Assembly (NCBI RefSeq): GCF_020745735.1
Contig: NC_083409.1
Location: 18,930,341-18,994,340, forward strand
From: Hemiscyllium ocellatum
Taxonomy: Eukaryota
Direction of reading: 5' to 3'
DNA length: 64,000 nucleotides
Made by a program: the position numbers and the translations under genes. The notes below the pieces were generated by a model. The model was not told the origin of the DNA. It ran no database searches and saw nothing but the letters and a program-made list of their open reading frames with translations. Positions 36,501 to 48,500 of this stretch are shown in pieces. The number at the start of each line of letters is the position of its first letter. Position 1 is the stretch's first letter.

Positions 36501-36900
36501 CACATCCTCAAAACCTTCCGGAAGATGTGTCAGGCCTGATTTCCCTTTCGTAAATCCATGCTGACTTGGACCGATCCTGTCACTGCTTTCCAAATGCTCG
36601 GTTATTGTATCTTTAATAACTGACTCTGGTGTTTTCCTCATGTATAATTCCTCATTTTCACTCTCCCTCCTTTTAGTAAAAAGTGGGGTTATATTGGATA
36701 CTGTCCAGTCCATTGGAACTCTGTCAGAATCGACAGAATGCCAGAAAATGATCACAAATGTGCCCATTATTTCTACACCCACTTTCTTAAGGACTCTGAG
36801 TTGCAGAGCATCAGGCCCTGGGGACTTACCAAGTTTTGATACCATCAGTCTCCCCAAGACCATATCCTGACTAATAAGGATTATCTTCAGTCCTTCCTTC
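33560..36900 (-). mobile_element. Further CR1 ORF2 copies in the J-C intron
   Basis: LRLYETLVRLHLEYCEQFW, GSVLGPQLFTIYINDMD, YLEFQKAFDKVP, KSPGPDALQLRVLK. Confidence 0.9.
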
Positions 36901-37084
36901 ACACTTGACCCTCTATCCCCTTGCATTTCCTTTCAATAGGATGTGCATCCTTGGATATTTAGTCCCCAGCCCTGATCCCCTTGCAGCCACGTCCCTGCGC
37001 TACAGGCTCATTTACCTTGTTTCACATACTCCATACATCGAAGTACAACACCCTCAGTCATGCATTGACTGCCTCCTTGTCATA

Positions 37085-37263
37085 GTTGAAAATGTGTTGC
37101 TGGTTAAAGCGCAGAAGGTCAGGCAACATCCAAGGAACAGGAAATTCGACGTTTCGGGCACAAGCCTTTCATCTGATGAAGGGCTTGTACCCGAAACGTC
37201 GAATTCCCTGTTCCTTGGATGCTGCCTGACCTGCTGCGCTTTAACCAGCAACACATTTTCAGC
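37085..37263. repeat. 179-bp palindrome made of two inverted Penelope-type pseudo-LTR halves
   Basis: 89-bp arms around a single T (37174), 6 mismatches. Confidence 0.92.
37173..37200 (+). ncRNA. Minimal hammerhead ribozyme core (Penelope-associated, dimer-type)
   Basis: CTGATGA-A-GGG cttgta CCC-GAAA-C-GTC; palindromic ACGT stem III; stem I mostly lost at the palindrome centre. Confidence 0.55.
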
Positions 37264-37324
37264 TCTGATCTCCAGCATCTGCAGACCTCACTTTTTACTC
37301 CTTCTCATAGTTATCTCTTTTAGA

Positions 37325-37570
37325 ATTCATAGTATTCCTACAGTGTGGAAGCAGGCCATTCAGCCCAGCCTGACACTCGAAATAGCATCCCACCCACCCT
37401 ACCATTCCCATGGATAATCCTCCTAACCTACACATCTTTGTGACAATGGGAGGAAACCCAAGTAGACACGGGGAGAATGTATAAAACAACACACAGATAG
37501 TCAGTTGGAATTGAGTCTGTGTCTCCGGAGCTGTGAGACAGCAGTGCTAACCACTGATCCACCATTCCAC
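37325..37570 (-). mobile_element. HE1/V-SINE type SINE fragment
   Basis: ctgtgagacagcagtgctaaccactg head; caggccattcagccc tail. Confidence 0.7.
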
Positions 37571-37949
37571 CCTGCGGGGCCTCAAGTTCGATTCCTCATC
37601 CTTTCCATACTCTCTATCCTAGTACTTGGTCTGGATACTTTAATAAAGTGTCCTGAGCCCCTACCTTCTTCAAACAGTTTAAATTCCTCGAAGCTTGATT
37701 TACCTTGGTTTGTGTGGTACCACTTTGTCTACATTATTCCGAATCGGTCATGCATTAAGAGACAAAGCCTTTGAGTTTGTTCTAGTATTGAGCTTCCCTG
37801 CACTTTTAAGTTTCCTTAGTACAATAAGACATTCACAATACTCTGTCCTTTCCTTTTATTTTATTTTTGGTAACAATCAATCCCATCACTATCCAGTAAC
37901 TCTCCCTTCTCCTTTAACTTTCATTTTCTCATTTTCCATCCAACTGTTC

Positions 37950-38720
37950 CAGTTACTTTTTCTTTGAATCATATTCAGGCTGATATTTATCCCTGAACAA
38001 ACATCACTCAAAATGTTCCTTGGTTCATTGTTACTTGTGGGATCTTGCTGTGTACAATCTGGCTTTCACATTTCCTGCATTCCTACAGTGAGCACATTCC
38101 AAACAAGTTCCACACTGTCTGCAAATGTCTTGGGGACAGCATGGATCTTTCTTTTCTTTGGATGAACTGGGAGTCTTTCAGATGTGAAAGATTCCGTTCC
38201 AATGTTGCACAGTCCTCCTCCTGAATTACAGTTCCTGCTTTGTCCCTCTCTTTTGTGAAAACAGACCGGAAGTTTTCATGAGGAACAATTGCTCCATCTT
38301 CCACCCCCACACACAAGTTCCCTTCCTGCTCTCGAATGGGCCTCATACATTCCTTCATTCTCTTGTTCTTTCTGTGATTATAAAACATCACTGGGATTTC
38401 CCTGACTTCATTTGGACACATTTCATCCTGTCAGCTCTTTGCTTTCCTCAGGTCTTGGTAAATCTCACCCCTGCATTTTGTCTTTCAGCCTACTTTTATC
38501 AAATCACTGCCCAGTTTAGTAAAATGGTTTGTTCCCAAATAAAAACATTTACATTTGTTCCGTGGTTCTCTATTTCCATCCCTACTCTCAATCTCACTGA
38601 GTTCTGATCACTGTCACTGAAATGCTCCCCCATTGATAACCCTTCCAGCTGCCCACATTCATTCCATAAATGATGGTCCAAAACTGTCCCTTCTCTTTCA
38701 CCATCACTTTCTCAGCGGCG
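37950..38720 (-). mobile_element. CR1 ORF2 endonuclease-region fragment
   Basis: GEHFSDSDQNSVRLRV, MRPIREQEGNLCV...FRSVFTKE. Confidence 0.75.
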
Positions 38721-38909
38721 ATTAGGGATGGGCAATAAATGCTGGCCCTTCCACTGACACTCACATCCCAATTTTAAACGGCCCTGTCCTTTTATGGGGC
38801 TTATTAGGTATTGAATACAAATGTTCAAATTGATTGTTTTGCCAGTGAAGGTTCAGAGTTGAAATCCCTTTGAATGGCAGGGATTAAAATTGTTTCTCTT
38901 GTCTTTCAG

Positions 38910-39237
38910 GCCGTGAGAACTCTCAGCCCAAGCTGACCCTGCTGCCCCCTCCCCGGAGCAGATCAATGCCAAGGGCACTGCCACCCTGGTGTGCCTTGCC
39001 AATCACTTCTATCCCGATGAGCTGGAGGTGCAGTGGAAGAAGGATGGTGCAGTCATTTCGGACGGGGTTCAGACCAGCAACTACCTGCGAGCTTCGGACA
39101 GCACCTACAGTGTCAGCAGCCTGCTGACCCTCTCTGGATCTGACTGGGAGTCCAATGCTCGCTTCTCCTGTGCCCTCACCCACATGACCCTCCCGTCTCC
39201 CCTCAGCAAGAGCATCAGGAGATCAGAATGTGTGTAG
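38910..39237 (+). CDS. IGKC: Ig kappa-type C exon (S-RENSQPKLTLLP/PSPEQINAKGTATLVC...WKKDG...YSVSSLL...C...RSECV*), with an apparent 1-nt deletion at 38945-38949
   Basis: tttcag acceptor in phase with J; two Cys, Trp and terminal inter-chain Cys (ECV); frames before and after the C5 run differ by one base. Confidence 0.93.
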
Positions 39238-39764
39238 AGTGTTTGAGACAGTCCACAGAGGAGAACACAACTTTAAATAGGACAGGGCTGAGCTGCCAGG
39301 ACAAAGGTCATTGCCAGCACAGAATTTCAATTCTCTTCCTTCTCAGGACTGGCTCAGAGACACGTCTGAGGTTCAAGGGTTAAGGCAGGTCTTTGGGATC
39401 ATCAAAAATAAGCTTTACTCTGTATCATACCCCATGCTGACCCTGTTCTAGGAGTGTTTGATTGGACAGTGAAGACTAGTGATGCCAAGTAAAACCTCTC
39501 GAAGATGCTGAAAACTGTCAGCTGTTCAAAACAATGTGAACCTCAGAAGTCTCTGTTTCAGTAAACCAGGTCTCCTTCCTGCTCAGCCGCCAGTTCCAAT
39601 TTAAGGTTTTGTCACTGTTTAAAGGGACAGGATTCTCATGTTATTGAGAAAAATCTCCACAAGTGTTTTCCTTAAGCTCCATTGTGGCTGTGAATTTGAG
39701 CAGCTTCCTCTGTCTGGGCTGTTAGTTGCAGTCTGTTTTCTGTTCATGTTAATCTGGAAATGGG

Positions 39765-39770
39765 AATAAA
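39765..39770 (+). promoter_or_regulatory. Candidate polyadenylation signal AATAAA
   Basis: First exact AATAAA I found after the C stop (about 530 nt downstream). Confidence 0.35.
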
Positions 39771-41244
39771 GATGAAGAAGATTCAGTCTCTGTCTCTGTG
39801 TGTGCTTTGGGAATGGCCAGAGCTGAAACTTCAGGGAAAGGTGTGTGAAGTGTTAACCTCCAACTTCAAGGCCTGGAACAAAAGGGGGAGAATCGAGGAG
39901 TTAATGGGGTCCCTGGAGAAGGAGGGCAATTCTACAACTGTGTCCAGAGGGGTTCTTTCAGAAGGAATGCAGGGCCCCAAGGAATTCTTTCCCAATAAAT
40001 GGAGAAAAGAAGGAAGGCAGGAAGGGACACTGGGGAACACAATAATCTGATGGAAATTCCCTCACCCATCCCTTAGGCACAGCAAGATGCCAGGTCAAGA
40101 AATTCAACTCAACTGTTTGTGAGCCATTGCCATTGGGAACCCTGTATTTATGAATATGACCAGCAGGCTCTTGTTACTCAGAATAACAATTCTACAGGGT
40201 TTGAGAAATACATATTCCATAAATTAGACCTGGGTTTTGTTTCCTCTTCAAATGGGATGGAATTGCCCCGTGTGTCCATGGGGTCAGATTGAGAATGTCC
40301 AATGCGGGGGCATCTGGGAGTCACGGCTGGGGAGGATCATCAATGATAAACCTTCTGCTGTCATATTCTGTAGCCCCTGGGCCATCTCAGTGAGGATCAC
40401 CCAGGGCTCAGGGTGGATTCCAGAGCAGCTCATTGTCCTGACTGTTGTGTTCCTCAGTCCACACGTGGCTCCAGCAATCTCACTCCATGGTTTTGGTATC
40501 AATGGGAACCATGGGGCTGAAATCTTATCCAAACAGACCCTCACACAGCAGGGAGGCTGCTGGTGGCTCAGAAACCCCTTGGATTCAGTCCCAGATTCCA
40601 CTGTGGCTCTTTCATCAAACACAGCATTAGCACACTGACACCACATTCAGAGGGCAATCCTGAATGGGGCAAGTTTGGTTCTTGATTCCAATGTGAGGAA
40701 ATGGGGGCTGGGTGTGAAATGTCTAGTCTGAAACTGGTGGGGGTACTTTATAATGAAGAATAGAAACTGACGTCAGAATAAAGTTAGGTGTTGATGGGAG
40801 TGAGGAATATCTCAGTGATCTGTCTCCAGAATCCACAGCCGGTACACATCCTTCTGTCAGACAGAGAAACTGCTCCTTGACATCCTATATTTCTCTATCT
40901 TTCCCAGAAAAGGTGAAATATTCTCTGCCTCTCTGGTACAGGACTTTTTAAAAAGGGCTGTGGGAAGGGAACTGTTGACTCTCAATGACAAAGCCAATGG
41001 AAGGATGTGGAGCTGGCTCTGTGAAATGTTAGGGCACAGAGGATGACACCAGAAGCAATTCAATGTTGTCACTCTCTCCTTTTTAATTGTCAAACTGGTA
41101 ATAATTGGTTTTCCCTCACAACTTGCTCTCTTGTATTTGATCCACGTGCCTTTCTTGCTTTGCTTCTTTTGACGTCAGTCTGTGGGCAATTCCATCAAAG
41201 CCCAATCTCCTCACACCCATCCTGGCCCTGAGGAGATTAGAGAC

Positions 41245-41665
41245 AAAAAAAACTGCAAATGCTAGAATCCAAGGTTAACAAGCAGGAGGCTGGGAGAACA
41301 CAGCAAACCAGGAAACCTCCGGAGGTGGAGATGTTGACGTTTTTGGTGTAACCTTTCTTCAGGAAGTGGGGTGGGTGGGTGTTGGGGGAGCTGCAGATAA
41401 AGGGAGTGGTGGGGCCAGGGTGGTTAGGTGGGGATAGGTGGAGACAGGTAGAGGATAGGACCTGGTTGGTCGAGGGGAGGGATGATTCTGGATTCATTTC
41501 TCCATCAACAAATCAGGTAATTCTCTCTATCTTTCTCAACCTATCCCCACCTCACCACCTCACTACCTCACTCCAACCCACCCCTTTATCTGCAACTCCC
41601 CTCACACCTATTCCCCTCTTCCTGAAGAAGAGTTACGCCTAAAATGTCGGCCCTGAAGAGATTCG
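41245..41665. mobile_element. Penelope-like ends in inverted arrangement
   Basis: Minus pseudo-LTR at 41245-41350 (cctgaagaaaggttacaccaaaaacgtc) and plus copy ending cctgaagaagagttacgcctaaaatgtc. Confidence 0.6.
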
Positions 41666-42574
41666 ACGTGGTTATTTCACTGAATCAAATCATCGAGCGC
41701 ATCAATCCTGAGAACAGATTCCAGCATTGAAGTCATATTTCCTGTTTGCAAATGTAAAGTCTCTCTCAGGCTGAAAGAAGGAAGCCTTCGATTGAGAAAT
41801 GAGTGAGCTTAACCCATATCCTGAACAACAGCACAACAGAATGGAGTAATATAAATCAGAAACAGTATAAGTACAGGGCAGCCTATATACTGCAGCTCGC
41901 ACTAGGTGCAGCCAGCACAGAGGGGAATGCTGGTCAGTGTGGTAGTTTGGTGAACTCAGAGAAGGAGTCTACCTTTGCTTTTCCAACCTGATTTGGAACT
42001 GTCACTTCAGCTGATGGGAGCCTGCACATGCACTTGGTTTGAATGAAACAAAATGATAAACAAGAAAATAGGAATCTGGATTTGTTTAGTTTGAGGGGCT
42101 GTATAAATAGACTGCTTCAGGACATGTCCATTAGGGAAGTTTAATAAATGGAAAGTAGACTGAAACAGACTGAAGACAATTACTGCTCTAATGAAGGAAT
42201 GGATATTTTTCATTTGTAAGTGAGATCAACATTTCTTTATTGCATTGAAATGATTCAGGGTAAATACATCTGCAGTGAATGTATAAAACTACAGGAGCTC
42301 CCACAGGGTGTTTGGAATGAAGGCTGAATTGAAAAAGCAGTGATACATCAGGGAGTGCCGGAGAGACCTGGAGGATAGTTCCAGAAGGAAGTTATAGGCC
42401 TCAAGACTAAACAGTTCAATTCCTCGTTGTAGTAAGGGGCAGGAGGGTATGACACACGAGGGAGGCAGATAGGGGGTTGGAGAATACAGAGGGGACAGGA
42501 AAACCCCTCACTCTTCTAAACCCCACTGAGAACAAGGCCAGCCTTTCCAATCCTTCCTCATCACACAGCCCACT

Positions 42575-42587
42575 NNNNNNNNNNNNN
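42575..42587. other. Assembly gap (13 N) at the duplication junction
   Basis: Sequence after the gap restarts at the equivalent of position 11225. Confidence 1.
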
Positions 42588-45500
42588 CCTGCCACGATGT
42601 CTGGGTAATCAGTTGAGAGTGTGAGTGAGAAGGATAGGAGAAAGTGGACTATTCGAAATACAAAGCATGATGGGGTTGTCTTTGTGATTGGAAGCCTCGT
42701 GATCAGTGGTGTAAGACAAGGATTGGGGCTGGGACCCTTTCTGTTTGTAATGTACATTAACAAATTGATTGTGATTGTATATATAAAAAGCTTTCAGATG
42801 CCACATAAATTGGTGGTGTTGTTGATATTGATTTGATTTTTATTTTATTGTCACAAGTGTTCAAGCACAAAGTATAGGAGTGCAGTGAAAAGTATGTATT
42901 GTCGCATCACAAGGTACCATCTTACGTACAAGGACCTAGGTACAGAATCTTAAGAACAAGATAGAAAGAAAGAATAAAGTTAAAAGATACCCATTACAGA
43001 TTAATTTTAAGAAGAAAATAAAGTAACAAATCTGAAAGTTCAATCATTAGTCTTTCCTAAGCACTTAGCTACCATGGGATCATACTGCGAGTCGTTACCC
43101 TGAGACCAGAAGTCCATGCTGAGGCCGTGCTGGCTGAGAGAACACCAAATACAGCAAAAGATCACCCTGTGGGCTAGAGACAACCACACTGGGCCACTGA
43201 GAGATGGCCATGCTAGGCTGAGAGTCCATCACGCTGGGCTGACAGTCCAGCATGCTGGGCTGAGAGGCCACCACATTAAACTGAGAGGCCTCTATGTCAT
43301 ACCGAGAGTCTGCCTTTCTGGGCTGGGATGTCTCCCTGCCAGCCAGGACACTGCCACACAAAGCTGAGAGGCCATATCACTGGGTTGCACTGGTCAGAGA
43401 CCAGGTGTCTGAGGCCGCGAGTCTGTGGCTGGGAGAGAAAAGATGAAACAAGGACAAAAGAAAAACACAAAAGAAAAGAAAAAAAGATTGAAGAAAAACA
43501 GAAAAGGAACAGTTGGAGCAGGTGAACTCGGTTTGAAGAGTCCTACTCTGCTGCCATCTTGGATTACCGGGTCTCAGGCTACAGTCTGATATTGATCAGC
43601 TGGTAAATTGGGCAGATCAATGGCAGATGGAATTTAATCCTGATAATTACGAGGTGATCCAATTTGGGAGGTCTGATAAGGGAGGAATATACAAAATGCA
43701 AGGTATATGCCTTGGTGTCCTTGTGCATGGATCACAGAGGGCTGATCTGCAGGCACAACAAGTAATTAGGAGGGCAAATGGAATTTTGTCCTTCATTGCA
43801 AAGGGATTGAGTTTAAAAAGCAGAGAGGTTATGTTGCAGCTGTACAGGGTGCTGGTGAGGCCACACCTGGAGTACTGCGTGCAGTTATGGTCTCCTTACT
43901 TGTGGAAGGGTGTACTGGCACACAAAGGGGTGCAGAGAAGGTTCACTAGGTTGATTCTGGGGTGAGAGGGTTGACCTGTGAGAGGAGAAACTGAGTAGAC
44001 TGGATACATTCATTGGAACTTAGAAGAATGAGGGCGGTGGGGGATCTTATAGAAACATATAAAATTATGAAGAGAATAGATAAGACATAGGACGTTTCCA
44101 CTGGAGGTGAAACTAAAACAAGAGGACAGAGTCTCAAAATTAGGGGAGCATTTTAGGACCAAATTGAGAAGGAACTTCTTCACCCAGAGGTCATAAATCT
44201 CTGGAATTCCTTGTCCAATGAAGTAGTCGATGCTACTTCAGTAAACGTTTTCAAAGCTAAGATTTTTTTTGAACAGGAAAGGAATTAAGAGTTACAGTGA
44301 GATCGTGGGTAAGGGAGCTGAGTCCATGAAATGATGAGCCATGATCTTATTGAATGGCAGAGCAGGCCTGAAGGGCCAGAATGCCCACTCCTGCTCCTAG
44401 TTCTTCTGTTCTTATGTTCCTTGGAGTAGTGAGGAACAAAGGGACTTTGGTGTACAAGTCCATCAATCCCGGAAGGTATCAGCACTGCTAGGCAGGTGCT
44501 GAAGGAGGCATATGGGATGCTTGCCATTACTAGCCAGGGTGTAGAATATAGGAACAAAGAAGTCTCGTTGTTATTTTACAGAGCATTGATTAGGTCATAT
44601 CTGAAATATTGTGTATCGTGCTGGTCATTACACTGTGAGAAGGTTGTGATTGGACTGGAGAGGGTGTAGAGGAGATTCACCAGGATGTTGCCTGGGATTG
44701 TCGGAGTGGGGAAAATATTCCCTGTTGAGGAGTCGATCGATTTCCTTCTAGAGAATAGTTTGTCAGGACTAAAGGCAGTAGCTTCCCCAATAATTACAGA
44801 ATGTCCAAAGGAGATCCAAGAAACAGAACAATGACAGGAACAGGTTCCTGGTCTCTCTCCTTCATGTGAGGTAACCAGGTTAACCAGGCCATGGTTAAAC
44901 AAAATCCATCAATAAGGGTTGATGTGACACCACAGCAAGTGAAAGGATCGCTGAAACATTCCAAAAGGGTGAAGATAATCCAGGTGGAGTGTTTGGTATG
45001 ATGTCCCTAATTACAGCAGATCCAAGAAGCAGATCCTAAATGAACTAAATGAACACAGTCAGCTCATACTAAGGTCGTGGCTGGAGGGGTTTCAGGGTAT
45101 TATTACCTTCAGAATGGAGCGCTGATGAGGAAGTGGAGACCTCCCCCCCACCCCCACCATGGACCCACAGATGCAGAATGGTCGGTTAGACATTGGCTGG
45201 TGGTCCCACCCAGCTATCATAGGGAGATATTGTGGGGAGCACATCAGATTTCCATGAGAGGACCATAGTGATTTGGAAAACACAGGCATCCTGAATCATG
45301 TGTTTTACTGAGCAAAAATTGTTTAAATATGTGGTGCAGTTTAAAAAAAAATGTCATACTGCAGCTGGCGGAATCCGCCAGCTGCAGATGCATCTGTCCT
45401 ATGCAGTATCAGTCAGAGTGAGTGTCGCACAGTCTTTTTGAAAGCCAACTCCTGCCTTCCACTGAGAATAGCATCCATCATGTTGTGTGACACTATCAAC

Positions 45501-48500
45501 ACGCTAACTGGGACGGACTTACAACCAATCTCACAACTCATGACTGGGCATCCATGAGGCACTGTGGGCCATCAACAGCAGCAGAATTCTGCTCCAGCAC
45601 AATCTGAAACATAACAGCCCGGCGTATCCCCCACTCAACCATTACCATCAAACCAGGGGACCAACAATGGAGAATTCAGGAGGCATGCCAGGAACAGCAC
45701 GAGGCATGCATTAAGATGAGGTATTAACCTGGCGAAGCCACGAAAGAAGACTCCTTGCATACCAAACAGCATAAGCAGCAAATGATAGACAGAATTAAAG
45801 AATTCCATAACCAACGGATCAGGTCTAAGCACTGCAGTCCTGAAACATCTTGTCATGAGTGGTGTTGGATGATTAAACATCTCACTGGAGGAGGAGTCTC
45901 CACAAATATCCACATCCCCAATGATGGAAGAGCCCAGCACAGCAGTGCAAAAGATAAAGCTGAAGCTTTTGCAGCAATCTTCAACCAGAGGTGCCAAGTG
46001 GATGATCCATCTTGGCCTCCTCCAGTGGTCTCCAGCATTACAGATAAAAGTCTTCAGCCAATTCGATTCACCCCACATGATGTCAACAAATGGTTCGAGG
46101 TCCTAACAAAACTGGAATCACTGGGTATCATTGGCAAAATCATTTGTATTTAGAGCCATACCTGACACATAGGAAGATGGTCATGATTGTTAGAGGTCAG
46201 TCATCTCAGCTCCAGGACATCTCTGGAGGAGCTCCTCAGGGTTGTCTCCTTCGCCCAACTATCTTCAGCTGCTTCATCAATGACTTTCCCTCCACAAGGT
46301 CAGAAGGGGTGATGTTCACTGATGATTGCACGATGTTCAGCACCATTTCCAACTCCTCAGAGATTGGAGCAATCCAAGTTCAAATGCAATAAGATCTGGA
46401 TAATATCCAGGCTTGGGCTGAAAAGTGATAAATAACTTTCATGCCATACAAATGCTAGACTCTGACTGTCACCAATAACAATGTGGCCAAACAGTTCTTC
46501 AAGTCCACTCTGCCATTCTATCATAGTTGATTTGTTTGTCAACCCCATTCTCCTGCCTTCTCTGTTACCCTTGATTGGTTTACCAATCAAGAAACTATCT
46601 ATCTATACACTCAATGACTTGCCCTCCACAGCACTCTGCAGCAATGATTAATCCACAGATTAACCACTCTCTGGATGAAAAATCTCCTCCTTATCTCAGT
46701 TCCAAAGGATGGCCCCTTCCTTAAGAAACAATCTAACCAGTGTCCCTTGACATTCTGTGGTGTTACCATCAATGCGTCCCCCACTATCAACATCCTGGGA
46801 GTTGATAGCCAGCTGAAACTCACCAAATAAACACAGTGGCTACAAAAGCAGGTCAGAGGCTAAGAATACTGCAGCAAGTACCTCACCTCTTGTCTCCTGA
46901 AAGCCTGGCCACAATCTACAAGGCACAAGTCAGGAATGTGATGGAATACTCCCCACTTGCCTGGATTGGTGAAGCCCCAACAACACTCAAGAAGCTGAAC
47001 ACCATTCAGGGCAAAGCAGCCGCTTGATAGGCACAGCATCCACATGTAACCTTGCCCTCTACCGCCGACATTCAGCAGCAGCAGTGTGCACTATCTACAA
47101 GATGCACTGCAGAAATTCACCAAAGATCCTCAGACAGCACCTTCCAAACACAACCATTTCCATCTGGAAGGACAAGGGCACCAGATATATGAGAACACCA
47201 TTACCTTCAAGTTCCCCTCCAAGCGATCTTGACTTGAAAATGTATTGTGTCCCTTCACTGTTGCTGGCTCCAGATCCTGGAATTCCCTCCCTAATGGTGT
47301 TGTTGGTCAACCCACAGCAGGTGTACTGCAGCAGTTCAAGAATAGCTCAAGGGCCTTCTCAAGGGCAACTAGGGATGAGCAATAAATGCTGGCCAGCCAG
47401 CGATGCTCACATTCCACAAAATGAATACATTAAAAAAAAACTTGTCAAGTTGTAGGTCAACCTCCACACATTATGAAAGCAGCATCCTTAATTCCTCTCC
47501 CAGTTTTTGAGGAACCATTCAGTCGTGTAGAAGTGTGTCCAGCACTGAGTGTAGCAGAAAGGGGATGAGAAAAAGTTTGAGAGCCAAAGAGAATTGGTCA
47601 ATTCTCAAAGTGAACTTTCTCCTGTGAGGTGAACAGACTCAGAGGCATTAGAGAATTCAGATACTGCATTTTTGTATCTGGAGAAAGATTAACAGAGGGA
47701 CAGAGGGAGATTGCTCAGAGAATACAAAGAAGTTTGTCTGAGGAGTGGTTGAGGTCTGTACTCGATCAGTATTCGATGGAGTTGAGAAGGATGAGCGAAA
47801 ATCTCAGTGAAACATACAGTATACTGAGAGGCCTGGATAGAGTAGACATGGAGACGATGTTTCCACTTGGCAGAGAGACTGGGACCAGAGGGCACAGCCC
47901 CAGAAGGGGCCATCCTTTGGAACTGAGATGAGGAGGAGATTTTTCATCCAGAGAGTGGTTAATCTGTGGATTAATCATTGCTGCAGAGTGCTGTGGAGGG
48001 CAAGTCATTGAGTGTATAGATAGATAGGTTCTTGATTGGTAAACCAATCAAGGGTAACAGAGAAGGCAGGAGAATGGGGTTGACAAACAAATCAACTATG
48101 ATAGAATGGCAGAGTGGACTTGGTGGACTGTTTGGCCACATTCTGCACTGATACATGGTCTTTAAAAGATACACTTGGATGCACCACATTAATTGAACAT
48201 GATGTGGAGATAGATAATTCAGACCCAATAAAACAAAACCCATTTTGGCTAAACCCAGAGAAACTGGCCAAAGTGACAAAGGAAGCTCAATGTTTGTTGG
48301 AAAATCAATTGACTGAACTGTCAGAGTAATTGGAGTTCTCCCGTGTAGGATTGAGCAAAATTCCCTATTCTCTAAAACCCTGGATTTTTAAAAACCTTTT
48401 AAAAATAAAGAGACAGCTGGGCTGAGCTCTGGGAAAAACACAGAGACACGGAGATGGCTGCCTGGAACCATTGTTCTGCCTGGAATTCCAGTTCACACCT

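Noticed and set aside
40440-40660. Faint V-like relic (WYQ...PRF...SSNTA) downstream of C
   Set aside because: Needs several frameshifts and lacks both cysteines, YYC and an RSS; not distinguishable from chance without a profile search.
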